Shown: positions 1 through 8,970 of the stretch, piece by piece
Numbering within the stretch: position 1 is the stretch's first letter
Layout of the letters: every line of letters begins with the position of its first letter
NCBI GenBank assembly: GCA_963666315.2
Contig: CAXXHG010000047.1
Coordinates: 1-64,000, forward strand
DNA length: 64,000 bases
Source: Candidatus Binatia bacterium
GTDB taxonomy: Bacteria; Desulfobacterota; Binatia; Bin18
Direction: 5' to 3'
Notes under the pieces: generated by a model
What the model was told of the DNA's origin: nothing
The model's database searches: none
The model's input: the letters and a program-made list of their open reading frames with translations, nothing else
Position numbers and translations under genes: made by a program

Positions 1-767
1 GCTATATTCACTCTGGACGGAGAAAAAGCAGACTGCTGTTTGTAATAGGTCTCTAGCGAGACAGAATCTTCTGCCTCAAGGGCTAAGCCGGGTACATACG
101 GCAGGACGCCAAGGACAGGCTTGCCTGTCTTTTCCTCTAGCATACGTAATCCAGGTTCAAGAATACTGAGGTCGCCTCGAAACTTATTAATGATAAATCC
201 CTTGATCCGCTCCCGCTCAGAGACCTCAAGCAGCTCCATAGTTCCGACCAAGGCCGCAAATACGCCGCCCCTATCAATGTCTGCGACCAACAGTACCGGT
301 GCGTCTGCCGCCTCTGCCATAGCGAAATTGACCATGTCGCGGTCCTTGAGATTGATCTCTGCGGCTCCTCCAGCACCCTCCAGAATAATCAGGTCATAGT
401 CACGGCTGAGTCGCGTAAAGCTCTCATACACTTTCTCGCGTACATAGGCGCGATCAAAGTCGTAGGCCGAGGAAGTCTTCCACACCTGTCCATGGACAAC
501 GATTTGGGAGCTCCGCTCGGTCGTTGGTTTTAACAGCACGGGGTTCATGTCTACGCTCGGCTCAAGGCCGCAAGCCCAGGCTTGTAATGCCTGGGCCCAG
601 CCGATTTCCCCAGTCGGGAAGCAGACATACGCATTATTCGACATATTCTGAGCTTTAAATGGCGCGACTCGAATCCCGGCCCGAGAAAAGAGACGGCACA
701 AGCCCGTAACAATCAGGCTCTTGCCTACATCGGACGCCGTCCCCAGCACCATCAGCGTTTTGGCCAT
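1..767 (-). CDS. cobQ: Cobyric acid synthase (runs off the window edge)
   Basis: Manual translation from ATG at 767: MAKTLMVLGTASDVGKS...FKAQNMSNNA...GEIGWAQALQA...DMNPVLLKP, the CobQ N-terminal signature. Confidence 0.95.
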   Translation of the reverse strand, partial: MAKTLMVLGTASDVGKSLIVTGLCRLFSRAGIRVAPFKAQNMSNNAYVCFPTGEIGWAQALQAWACGLEPSVDMNPVLLKPTTERSSQIVVHGQVWKTSSAYDFDRAYVREKVYESFTRLSRDYDLIILEGAGGAAEINLKDRDMVNFAMAEAADAPVLLVADIDRGGVFAALVGTMELLEVSERERIKGFIINKFRGDLSILEPGLRMLEEKTGKPVLGVLPYVPGLALEAEDSVSLETYYKQQSAFSPSRVNI

Positions 768-773
768 CGTCCC

Positions 774-1835
774 TTATTGCTTATACGGTCCATTCTTGTC
801 CAATGCCTGATGGACGGTGCGGACCAGTGTTTCCGCTGCAAGCGCTTCAGCCGGCATATGTGTTGCCCCCAGCGCCTCAGCAAGTTCCCGGGCCTCACCT
901 TTTGCTATCGAGCTTCCCTGCACGCTTCTCTGCAAATTTTTCTTGTGAAATGCCTGCGGGTGCAGAACCCGCGCGACCGCTTCTACGCCTTTGATAATGT
1001 GATGTGACACTGTGCCAATGGCGGAGTACGGAATCACATAAATACGTCCCGTCCGGACAGCGTCAATATCCTGCAGGGCTGGATCGGCGAGGAGCAGTGG
1101 CCGGAGGCTCTCATGCTCGGGTGCGTGTGGGTCTCCGCCGACAAGAATGAACTGAGGATTCAGGGCGACGAGTCGCTCTTTTGATAGTTTCTTAGACCGC
1201 CACAGACCCATCGTCGCCGCCACATTCGTTCCGCCGGCGTTAGTTATGATTTCATCAATGGTCGTGCCCCGCCCGGCCGTAAATCCTCCGGGTGTGTAAT
1301 ACAGGACAGCCGGGCGAGGCAGTCCGCGTACGTACTCGTGTACCCCAGCAAGGCGACGCTCCATCTGGTTGACGAGAGCGCGTGCGCGGGCGCTTTCCCC
1401 GACCGCTCGGCCAACCGCGATAATGTTATGCTGAATCTCTGCAATCGAGTTGCAGGACTGCAGGGGAAAAACCGGGCTGCCACTCGCCTCCAGCAGGCTT
1501 TTGACAGAAGCAAGCGTATACGGAGCGACAAGGATGAGGTCGGGTTGATAAGCAATTACCTGTTCCGCATTTGCACGCACCCTGGGGAGAATGCTCCGCG
1601 CTTCTACAACGACGTTCGAATGTACGCGATCGTCCGCCCACAGCGTCAGGGCCGCGATACGTTCCGGCGGGACTAAAGCGAGCAGTATTTCATCCGTGGC
1701 CAGTGTCACAGACACAATACGGTGGGGCGGAAAGACCTGGAGCGACGTGTCTCCCTGCAGGCTATGCGGAGAATATATCAGCAGCCCAAGGAGCGCCATC
1801 ACGAACAGGCCCAGAGCCCAGTGTATAATGACCAT
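774..1835 (-). CDS. btuF: Cobalamin/iron-siderophore ABC transporter substrate-binding protein (BtuF-like) with a foreign C-terminal tail
   Basis: PHRIVSVT..DEILLAL, EQVIAYQPDLIL, AGG.NVA, E.L.ALNP, AVRTGRIY motifs; lies downstream of a B12 riboswitch; start placed at ATG 1835 after AAGGAG. Confidence 0.85.
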   Translation of the reverse strand: MVIIHWALGLFVMALLGLLIYSPHSLQGDTSLQVFPPHRIVSVTLATDEILLALVPPERIAALTLWADDRVHSNVVVEARSILPRVRANAEQVIAYQPDLILVAPYTLASVKSLLEASGSPVFPLQSCNSIAEIQHNIIAVGRAVGESARARALVNQMERRLAGVHEYVRGLPRPAVLYYTPGGFTAGRGTTIDEIITNAGGTNVAATMGLWRSKKLSKERLVALNPQFILVGGDPHAPEHESLRPLLLADPALQDIDAVRTGRIYVIPYSAIGTVSHHIIKGVEAVARVLHPQAFHKKNLQRSVQGSSIAKGEARELAEALGATHMPAEALAAETLVRTVHQALDKNGPYKQ

Positions 1836-2051
1836 GACCGTGCTCCTTAAAACCCTGCCCGAAATGCGACCAGAAACGTCGTTCCTGGAGTGGAGAAGCT
1901 CAACACTTCCTCTAGGGCTGAAGAGCGGACGGCTGTGACAGGAAGGATGACGGCGGGAATACAAAATCCTCCGCTCCTCCCAAGAAAGAAAGCGCAGGGT
2001 TGTAAGAACACCCAGGAACCTTTCTCTCTCTCCACGGAGAGGTCGGTCTAC

Positions 2052-2240
2052 GGTCTGAGGCAGGTTTCCTGGCTTAGAGGGTCAGAGGTGGTGACCTCAA
2101 CGCCTCTCTTCAGCCTTCCCATACGCAGATGCGAAAAGTGGCCATAAGGAGAGAGGCTTTCTCCTTACAGTGGCGGGACCGCGCCGGATTCACACCGGCT
2201 TCCCTATTACCCCCAAATGGGCACCTCAAACTCAAACAGG
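2052..2240 (-). promoter_or_regulatory. Cobalamin (AdoCbl) riboswitch
   Basis: Minus strand reads AATAGGGAAGCCGGTGTGAATCCGGCGCGGTCCCGCCACTGTAA...GGGAAGGC...AAGCCAGGAAACCTGCC (B12 box), upstream of btuF-cobQ. Confidence 0.95.
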
Positions 2241-2245
2241 CCCTG

Positions 2246-2275
2246 CTCATACAACACCAACACGCGCACTGTCAA
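2246..2275 (-). promoter_or_regulatory. Putative sigma70 promoter for the riboswitch leader
   Basis: TTGACA-18 nt-TATGAG immediately 5' of the riboswitch. Confidence 0.45.
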
Positions 2276-2377
2276 GTGTAACCGCCACAACGGGAGAAAA
2301 CAGGCGTGTCAAAAAGCAGCGTATGGGAAGCGATCAGAATCACGACACTGTCATCGCTCTGGAAAGCATTCTATAGA

Positions 2378-2834
2378 CTATAGCCGCAAAAACCGCTCAG
2401 CATTGCCGCTGTAGATCTTCTGCTTCTCTTCTTTGGAGAGCGGCAGGCTTTCTAGAAATTCATTCGTCCATTTCATGAATTCACTCCGCTGCATAAAATA
2501 ATCCGAGCGGAATCTGGCGATATTTGTCTGAGAAATGATGATCGTCGAAACCCAGGTCAATCCGCCGGGCGAGATACGGTAGGCTGCTGCCCAGGTGGGC
2601 CAAAATCAATATGAGATTCGGTAGGCGTCCGAACAGACCGCTGTAGAGCAATTTCATAGTGGATAGAGTTGTGTCGGCCGGGAAGGCTAGCAGCGGTGGG
2701 ATATCATCGTCTTGATACCCCGGCGGTGGCTTAGGGTGCATGAAGACCGGCACCTTGCGCCGTTCAACCTTTTCCCAAAACGGGAAAAATTCGGCGGTGT
2801 GGAGATATTTGTCTCCTACATTCGAAGTTGTCAC
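2378..2834 (-). pseudogene. Amidohydrolase-2 (ACMSD-like) family remnant
   Basis: VPVFMHP, LILAHLGSSLPYL and EEKQKIYSGNAERFL motifs split over two frames; N-terminus and part of the C-terminal half missing. Confidence 0.75.
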
Positions 2835-2869
2835 CCGCTTCTATGGCATGTTCGATGATTCGGCGGCTC

Positions 2870-3105
2870 ATTGTGGCGTTGCTGCAGAGTACGACCCACA
2901 CGAGGCCGAAAAGGTAATGGAGAAATTTGTTGAGCTGCGGGCATTACTCGGTGCCTCTACGCCGTTGTTCTCTACGCACCCAGATCCTGAAGTACGCCTC
3001 ACCAATGTCCGTCGCTTGCTGGGAGGCCTTAACAGCCAGGTTAGCGTACCGCGGGCGGTCACCACACACGCGTTCGCTGAATTTAAGGACCTATACCGCT
3101 ACTAA
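2870..3105 (+). pseudogene. M48 metallopeptidase C-terminal fragment
   Basis: AEYDPHEA...LFSTHPDPEVRL matches the M48 C-terminal STHP motif; no HExxH half. Confidence 0.55.
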
Positions 3106-3310
3106 GAGTATAGCGAATCTCCCGTCTTGGAAACAAAAATTCTTTGTTCCACGGGTTAACATGAATCACCCGGCGCGTTGGTCATGGGAATGCGTTCGGT
3201 TACTGTGAAGCGGCCGGGTGCACTTTGCCGCGTTTGGAAATAAGAAAAGGCCCGAACAGATGGCAATAACTATAGCAATTGATTTTTCATAGACCCTCCC
3301 GCGTCCTACG

Positions 3311-3994
3311 CTACTCGCACTTTTCTAATCCCCTCTGAATAAGTCCCGACAGATTTACCCGGGGTCTCCGCCCAGTTGCTGCAACGGTGCCCGCGAGCGC
3401 CTCGTAACATGTTGCAGTGTGATTTCCACAGGGTGGAACATGGAGAGGGGTGGCGTGTCCTTCGCGTAGAAGCACTTCATTAACAACAGTTGCGCCGATA
3501 ATAACATAGGCCAGTGTACGGCCATATCGATCTTTCGCGTTCTCCTCACAGACATCAAGCGCGACCGTTTTCCCTTCAACGAGAGTGGCATTCCTCTCTG
3601 TTGCAGCATCGAATCTAGCGTCACCTCTCTCGGGGGTATCAATCCCTATGTATCGCACTCTCTCGCCAGTAGTTAGCTCGACGGTGTCTCCGTCAATAAC
3701 GCGAGACACAACAGCACACCGATTCGTCTCATAAGAGATTTGCTCGCACCTCGCTGATGGACTTGTGTTTGGCGGCGGCGGGCGTGCTGGTGACACGGGA
3801 GGGGGAGAGGCTGACGAGTTATGACAATGATACTGCCCTGTACGCAGCTCCCAACGCGAGCAATTCGTCTGACAGCTATGGCAGCGTGAGGAATCGGTTC
3901 GGCCAGGATGAGCTGGCGCGGCAACGGATAGCAGACTCCAGAGAAAGACCGAGCTGACAAATATCATGCTGTATCGCATTACGGTGGTCGTCAT
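3311..3994 (-). CDS. Secreted thermonuclease (SNase) family protein with an N-terminal YHYH-type domain
   Basis: Signal peptide; HPGRTDSSRCH...YHCH; Pro-rich linker; VIDGDTV, VRYIGIDTPE, DRYGRTLAYV, VNEVLLREGHA. C-terminus looks degenerate. Confidence 0.85.
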   Translation of the reverse strand: MTTTVMRYSMIFVSSVFLWSLLSVAAPAHPGRTDSSRCHSCQTNCSRWELRTGQYHCHNSSASPPPVSPARPPPPNTSPSARCEQISYETNRCAVVSRVIDGDTVELTTGERVRYIGIDTPERGDARFDAATERNATLVEGKTVALDVCEENAKDRYGRTLAYVIIGATVVNEVLLREGHATPLHVPPCGNHTATCYEALAGTVAATGRRPRVNLSGLIQRGLEKCE

Positions 3995-4649
3995 GGTGGG
4001 CTCCAGACTTGTAGGATGTTGTGCTGCCCGCACACGACGCGGATATTCTCCGCCGGCTCCCCCGCCTGCAAGATGTGATTAATCTGCGCCTCGGGGACCT
4101 GTTCGCGCTCCATGTTACCCACCCTACGTTATGCCTCCCCTCCTCGTATTGCCCCTGTTCGCCGAGAAATCCAATCTTTGGTGAGTCAATGCGCAGCTGT
4201 TACCAGCGAGTAGAGACTTCTAGGCAAGACACATGCGGGCCCAAGTCAACGAGCAGCTCCATAGGCTCGTCCCCCGGCCTTGGGTTCGGTAGAGCGCTGC
4301 CAGGTTGTCCAGTCCCGTTCGTCGGCGATTGTGCCGTTACTCCATCCGTAGCCCTCTGATTGTCTCGAGCAGCTCGTTCGGATCTATCCTGAATAGTTCC
4401 CGCGTGCCCTGATTGAAGGTATATCGCTACGGTCAGCCTTATCCCCGTCTTGGCGACACAATCAGACGACCAGCTCTGGTAGCGAGGGTCTGGGTCATCG
4501 GTCAAGGTCTGCCACAGCAGCTCAGTCGTCTGCTCGATCACCCGTCCTAGAGCTGGCCATCGACAAAGACCTTCCCTGGACGCAGTGCGACCCGTGCATG
4601 CGACACTTGGGGTCCACTTGCCGCCCGCAGCGGTGGCTGTTAAAAAAAG

Positions 4650-5000
4650 TGTATGCATCCCAATCATAGTGGCTTGTTCGATCGCTGTAGCCTTGGCAGT
4701 TGTTCCTTTCCCGGCGCCCGCCTGGCCATGGACTCAAGTAGGCCCGGATATTGACGGTGAAAGTGCCGGCGATTACAGCGGTTTCCCAGTCGCCCTTTCC
4801 AGCACCGGGACTCGTGTCGTGATCGGCGCATATGCCAATGACGGAGTCGGGACCGATGCGGGCGGGCCACGTCCGGGTGTATGACGACGTCACGGCAATC
4901 CCGACGTTATCGCAATGGGGCATACTCTTGCTGACCTTGTCCTTACTCGCAATCGCGACCTGGCAGCTAGCAGCCCGTGCCGGCGATGGCCACCGGGGTG
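4650..5000 (+). pseudogene. FG-GAP-like repeat surface protein remnant with an IPTL-CTERM sorting signal (frameshifted)
   Basis: WTQVGPDIDGESAGDYSGFPVALSSTGTRVVIGAYANDG, frameshift near 4860, then GHVRVYD..AIPTLSQWGILLLTLSLL. Confidence 0.7.
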
Positions 5001-5010
5001 TCGGGCACGG

Positions 5011-5531
5011 TCATGGTCTAAGAGATTCCTGCAACTCGGCCTGTCGCTTCCGTTCGACCTCGGCTAGCCGAGCTTTGCGGTCAAACTGCTTACCAACTTC
5101 TACCCACACGGCATAATCTGCTTGCCCGCGTGTTATGAGCTTATTTACGCGCTGTATCGCGTCCGCGATGGCGTCTTGTTTTTCGTCCCCGATTGCGGTC
5201 CCCAGGTCCGCCACTGCCACGCCGAGCAACTTCCACAGATGACTCGATTCCCCCCGGTCCACACGGGCAACTAGGTCTGCCGCTCGCGCCGCCGTCACCG
5301 ACAGTTCTTCCGAGAGCGCCACGAGATTGGGGTCTGCCAGCGCCTGCTCGTAACTCGCGATCATACCTGTGGGCAAGTGCTTGGAACATCGACCTGATTT
5401 GAAGGTGGGGGCCCCAATTCCGTAGGGGGTTTTCCCGCCGTGAAGGCGACATCTGCCATTCGGCACAGCGGGGCCTTTACAGAACTGCCCCGGTTTTTTC
5501 TTAATTAAGCACCACACTGTTGACGTTGCAT
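5011..5531 (-). pseudogene. HGGxSTG-domain phage-associated protein, N-terminally frameshifted
   Basis: CKGPAVPNGRCRLHGGKT; the expected preceding MQRQQCGA lies in another frame from ATG 5531. Confidence 0.7.
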
Positions 5532-5827
5532 AGGGGGTCCTCCGTCTTATACGGATAGCTGCCCTTGGGGGTCACTGTATTTCCACACTATATACGGCCA
5601 ACTTTGCTTCATAAATTATCTTTGACACTCGTGGCGCCGGTGTAGAAAATGTGAACAGAATCCGCAACTCCCTGTAGTTATTAGAGAAAATGATCTATCT
5701 CTATACACACCTAAACTATGGGCTGTATAAAAACTCCTCTCAAACTGCACTAAGCTACTGGAATCATTTGAGGAAATTTTTCTACACTTGCCCTTAGTTT
5801 TCGCCCGTTTCGGGTGATTGATCCTCT

Positions 5828-6685
5828 TCAGATATCTGCTGGCAACTCTTCTTGGAGGTTCCCTATGGGTATTTCCCAATAACGGACGCCATGACCATGC
5901 ATTCTATGGCGACTTGAAACTTTCAACAGTTTCGACCTTCCGGCTAGCGTGCGGATCAAGGCCACGAGTTCGGGTGTTGTGAACTTACGACCAAAGCGTT
6001 GCGCCAAAGGATCAGTCAAACTGTCAAGCGTGAAGTATCCATAATGGTCATCGGAATGTGCGCGGCGTGTGGAAATAAAAGAGGCTCGGGTGATAATGGC
6101 GCGATCCCGTTGTTCACTATAATCCGCATCTTCACGATCTAACGTTTGTGACTCATTGAAGTGAGCAGTGATGGTGCGTTGCATCATGTTTTTGACAGTA
6201 AGTTCGGGTTCATCTTTCCACATGGCGACGTCATGCATGGCTATCATAATTTGTTGCCATCGCCTGCGATTGGCCGGGCTATTCGCGACTCTGACGTTAC
6301 AGCCAAGTTTATCGGCGACTAGTTCGCAATATTTGCCGAGATTTGAGAGGTGGGCCGCTGTGGTGGCAACATTGAAGGGCACGTCTGAGCGCGGCAGAGG
6401 CTCGGGGCGCTGAAAAGCCAGATAGATAATGGGCGGGTCAGCATCAACAATGTAAGCCCCGCGGATCACGTACCCATCCGGCAGCCCTAAGAAAGAAATA
6501 ATGCGTTCAAAGAAGGCGTAAGCACGTTTGATGGTGAATACTCGGTAACGTGTTGGTCCATATCGCCCTGGCATGGTTGCGGCGGGTCGCGTGGTATTTG
6601 ACAGAGAACGCGGAGGGATTTCTGCTGCAAGTTCTTCGTATACCGATTGGGCAATGACTTTGCCGTGTACGATCTGTGCTCCCAT
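5828..6685 (-). CDS. Chimeric ORF: FolD-like first ~23 aa fused to a phage-like hypothetical protein (possibly a primase/helicase C-terminus)
   Basis: 285-aa ORF; MGAQIVHGKVIAQSVYEELAAEI resembles the FolD N-terminus; the remainder is unrelated and lower in GC. Confidence 0.5.
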   Translation of the reverse strand: MGAQIVHGKVIAQSVYEELAAEIPPRSLSNTTRPAATMPGRYGPTRYRVFTIKRAYAFFERIISFLGLPDGYVIRGAYIVDADPPIIYLAFQRPEPLPRSDVPFNVATTAAHLSNLGKYCELVADKLGCNVRVANSPANRRRWQQIMIAMHDVAMWKDEPELTVKNMMQRTITAHFNESQTLDREDADYSEQRDRAIITRASFISTRRAHSDDHYGYFTLDSLTDPLAQRFGRKFTTPELVALIRTLAGRSKLLKVSSRHRMHGHGVRYWEIPIGNLQEELPADI

Positions 6686-6818
6686 ATTGCAATGGTATCA
6701 GTTGACTGAAAAGCGGGGAAGCAGGATCAGACGTTCAGACAAACGTGCGTGTCATTTTTTTGACGGAAAAGGGTCCGGTTTTATCGGTCGGCATTTTTTT
6801 CATAATTAATAACTTGAT

Positions 6819-6846
6819 TTTACAGACTCTAAACGAAAACTATAAT
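6819..6846 (+). promoter_or_regulatory. Putative sigma70 promoter
   Basis: TTTACA-16 nt-TATAAT in an AT-rich intergenic region upstream of ORF 6942. Confidence 0.45.
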
Positions 6847-6941
6847 TCACAAGATATTCTGTAACTGGGCCCTCTAACGACAATGTGGTTTTTCAATATT
6901 ACAACATACTGCTCAGATAATAAGCAAATAGGGAGGACGTT

Positions 6942-7307
6942 ATGGTAGAGCAGCAGGAAGAAGTTCAAGAGAAAATATCATTGGCGGAAATCATTCCGGT
7001 TCAAAACAGTGACCCAGTGGCGGTTCGCATTCAGGCCAGCGGCGACTTTCGTTTGTTGTGGGCGATTTTTAATGATGCGGTAGATTGTTATCTCCGCTAT
7101 TGGAACCGGCCTTCGGAACAGGCTCAGGCACTCCATCGAGAATCAGTTGAATGGATCGAATCGAGTGAAGAAGAATGGTTGTCTAGCTTCATGAGCATCT
7201 GTCGAGCCTTTAATATTGAACCGAGCTATATGCAAAAGGGACTCCGGTTGCGGTTACAAGAAGTGCAAGCCGCAGAACATGCGGCCTCAATGCAACGTGC
7301 TGCCTAG
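6942..7307 (+). CDS. Conserved hypothetical protein
   Basis: Strong GGAGG RBS; RLLWAIFNDAVDCY...EWIES...SFMSICRAFNIEPSYMQKGL resembles an uncharacterised helical family. Confidence 0.8.
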   Translation: MVEQQEEVQEKISLAEIIPVQNSDPVAVRIQASGDFRLLWAIFNDAVDCYLRYWNRPSEQAQALHRESVEWIESSEEEWLSSFMSICRAFNIEPSYMQKGLRLRLQEVQAAEHAASMQRAA

Positions 7308-7353
7308 CTCAGCCGCGGGTTTCGTGATAGGCGGGGGACGGAAAGAGCGGCGC

Positions 7354-7524
7354 ATGGAGACATTTTTCGAGCGGTTTGTGGATGAGGTGGTCCGCAAGAA
7401 GGACGCTGGAGAAATCGACGAGACAAAAGCCCAGCGGTGGATTGCGGATATTCAGCAGCGGTTGGAGGAGTACGCTAGGCACGACCCCAACGCCCCCATC
7501 GTACAAATGCCGCTGGAACACTAA
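7354..7524 (+). CDS. Small hypothetical protein
   Basis: 56-aa ORF METFFERFVDEVVRKKDAGEIDETKAQRW with protein-like composition. Confidence 0.55.
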   Translation: METFFERFVDEVVRKKDAGEIDETKAQRWIADIQQRLEEYARHDPNAPIVQMPLEH

Positions 7525-7782
7525 CGGTTAGCGCCGGCCTGCCTTCCTTATTGGTCTCGCCTTTTGGTCTCGGTATTCTTTCCCCTGTCTTTCTGCTGTG
7601 ATTGAGATCAACCTTCCCGACCCGGCAGGGGATCCGTGGTCTCCCTTGCCGGGATAGCCCTCTCCCGTATTTCTTTCGTACTTTTCGCAGAGAAGACGGT
7701 TGAATTCTGTTGGAACCCGTTGAAGCTTTGGGCCCGCTCGGCTAGTGTGTCAAAAAGTTGACGTGGAGGAGTATCTGAACGC

Positions 7783-8937
7783 ATGACAGAACGCATAGAA
7801 AGAAAACCCACTCGTGCGGTGAAGATTGGGAAGATCCAGGTTGGTGCTGGTGCCCCCATCGTCGTCCAGAGCATGTGTGCCACGAAAACGACCGATATTG
7901 ACGCGACCGTCGCTCAAGTCCATCAGCTTGAGGCAGCGGGAGCGGGCGTTGTCCGTATCGCTGTAGATAACCCCAAAGAGGCAAATGCGCTCAAAGAGAT
8001 CCGGTCCCAGACCTCGGCAACCTTGTCTGTCGATTTACAGGAAAACTATAAAGTCGCCGGCCAAGTTGCTCCTTATGTTGATAAGATTCGCTATAATCCG
8101 GGCCATTTACACCACATCGAAAAAGCCAAGACTATTCCACAGAAAGTGGCCGGGCTTGTCGACATCGCGCGAGAGCACGATGTGGCCATCCGTATCGGCG
8201 TGAACTCTGGATCGGTTGCGCCTGCTTTTCTGGAACAATACCCAGGCGATCAGATGGAAGCCTTGGTGCAATCGACGCTCTACCATTGCCGACTCATGGA
8301 AGACCTCAACTACGATCGTTTTGTGGTCTCGCTCAAAGATTCGGATCCCGCCAAAGTTGTTGAAGCTAACGCACGTTTTGCGAAAGCGCGGCCGGACGTC
8401 CCGTTACATTTGGGTGTAACGGAAGCCGGATTACCCCCGGATGGAGTGATTAAGAGCCGCCTCGCGTTTGAAAAACTGTTGGCAAATGGGGTTGGCGACA
8501 CCATCCGCGTGTCCCTGACCTTGCCTAACGAGCGTAAGCACGAGGAAGTGACGGCCGGGCTCAAGATTATCGAGGACACCCGGAACGGGCGTTTTATCTC
8601 TGTGCCCGATTTTGGCAAAGGGCTGAATATTATTTCTTGCCCAAGCTGTTCACGCGTCGAGAATGAAAAATTTGTTGAACTTGCCCAGCAAGTCAAAGAA
8701 ATGACGGTCTATGCTAAAGAGCACGCTATCACCATTGCGATTATGGGCTGTCGGGTGAATGGGCCAGGGGAAACCGATGATGCCGATCTCGGCCTGTGGT
8801 GTGGGCCAACAACGGTGAACCTGAAGAAGCGGAGCGTCAAGCTCGGCCACTTTGGTTATGACGTTGTCCTTGAGCGTCTGAAAGAAGAGGTCGACCAGCT
8901 CATCGCCGAACGTGGGTCTGAGACATCTGCCCAGTAG
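7783..8937 (+). CDS. ispG: 4-hydroxy-3-methylbut-2-en-1-yl diphosphate synthase
   Basis: [53 protein letters not shown]. Confidence 0.97.
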   Translation: MTERIERKPTRAVKIGKIQVGAGAPIVVQSMCATKTTDIDATVAQVHQLEAAGAGVVRIAVDNPKEANALKEIRSQTSATLSVDLQENYKVAGQVAPYVDKIRYNPGHLHHIEKAKTIPQKVAGLVDIAREHDVAIRIGVNSGSVAPAFLEQYPGDQMEALVQSTLYHCRLMEDLNYDRFVVSLKDSDPAKVVEANARFAKARPDVPLHLGVTEAGLPPDGVIKSRLAFEKLLANGVGDTIRVSLTLPNERKHEEVTAGLKIIEDTRNGRFISVPDFGKGLNIISCPSCSRVENEKFVELAQQVKEMTVYAKEHAITIAIMGCRVNGPGETDDADLGLWCGPTTVNLKKRSVKLGHFGYDVVLERLKEEVDQLIAERGSETSAQ

Positions 8938-8970
8938 TGCACGGGCGTCTTTTCTTCGGATCGTCGGATT

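Larger units (their letters stand above)
3311..6616. mobile_element. Decayed prophage/satellite-like island
   Basis: HGGxSTG gene, AT-rich inverted-repeat region, nuclease and several gene fragments; no integrase seen; boundaries approximate. Confidence 0.5.

Noticed and set aside
1836-1964. Extended N-terminus of btuF in the ORF track
   Set aside because: It lies in the riboswitch leader; the RBS and signal-anchor pattern favour ATG 1835.
7621-7653. Hairpin CCCGGCAGGG...CCCTTGCCGGG upstream of ispG as a riboswitch
   Set aside because: Single stem with no recognisable aptamer consensus; more likely a terminator or REP-like remnant.
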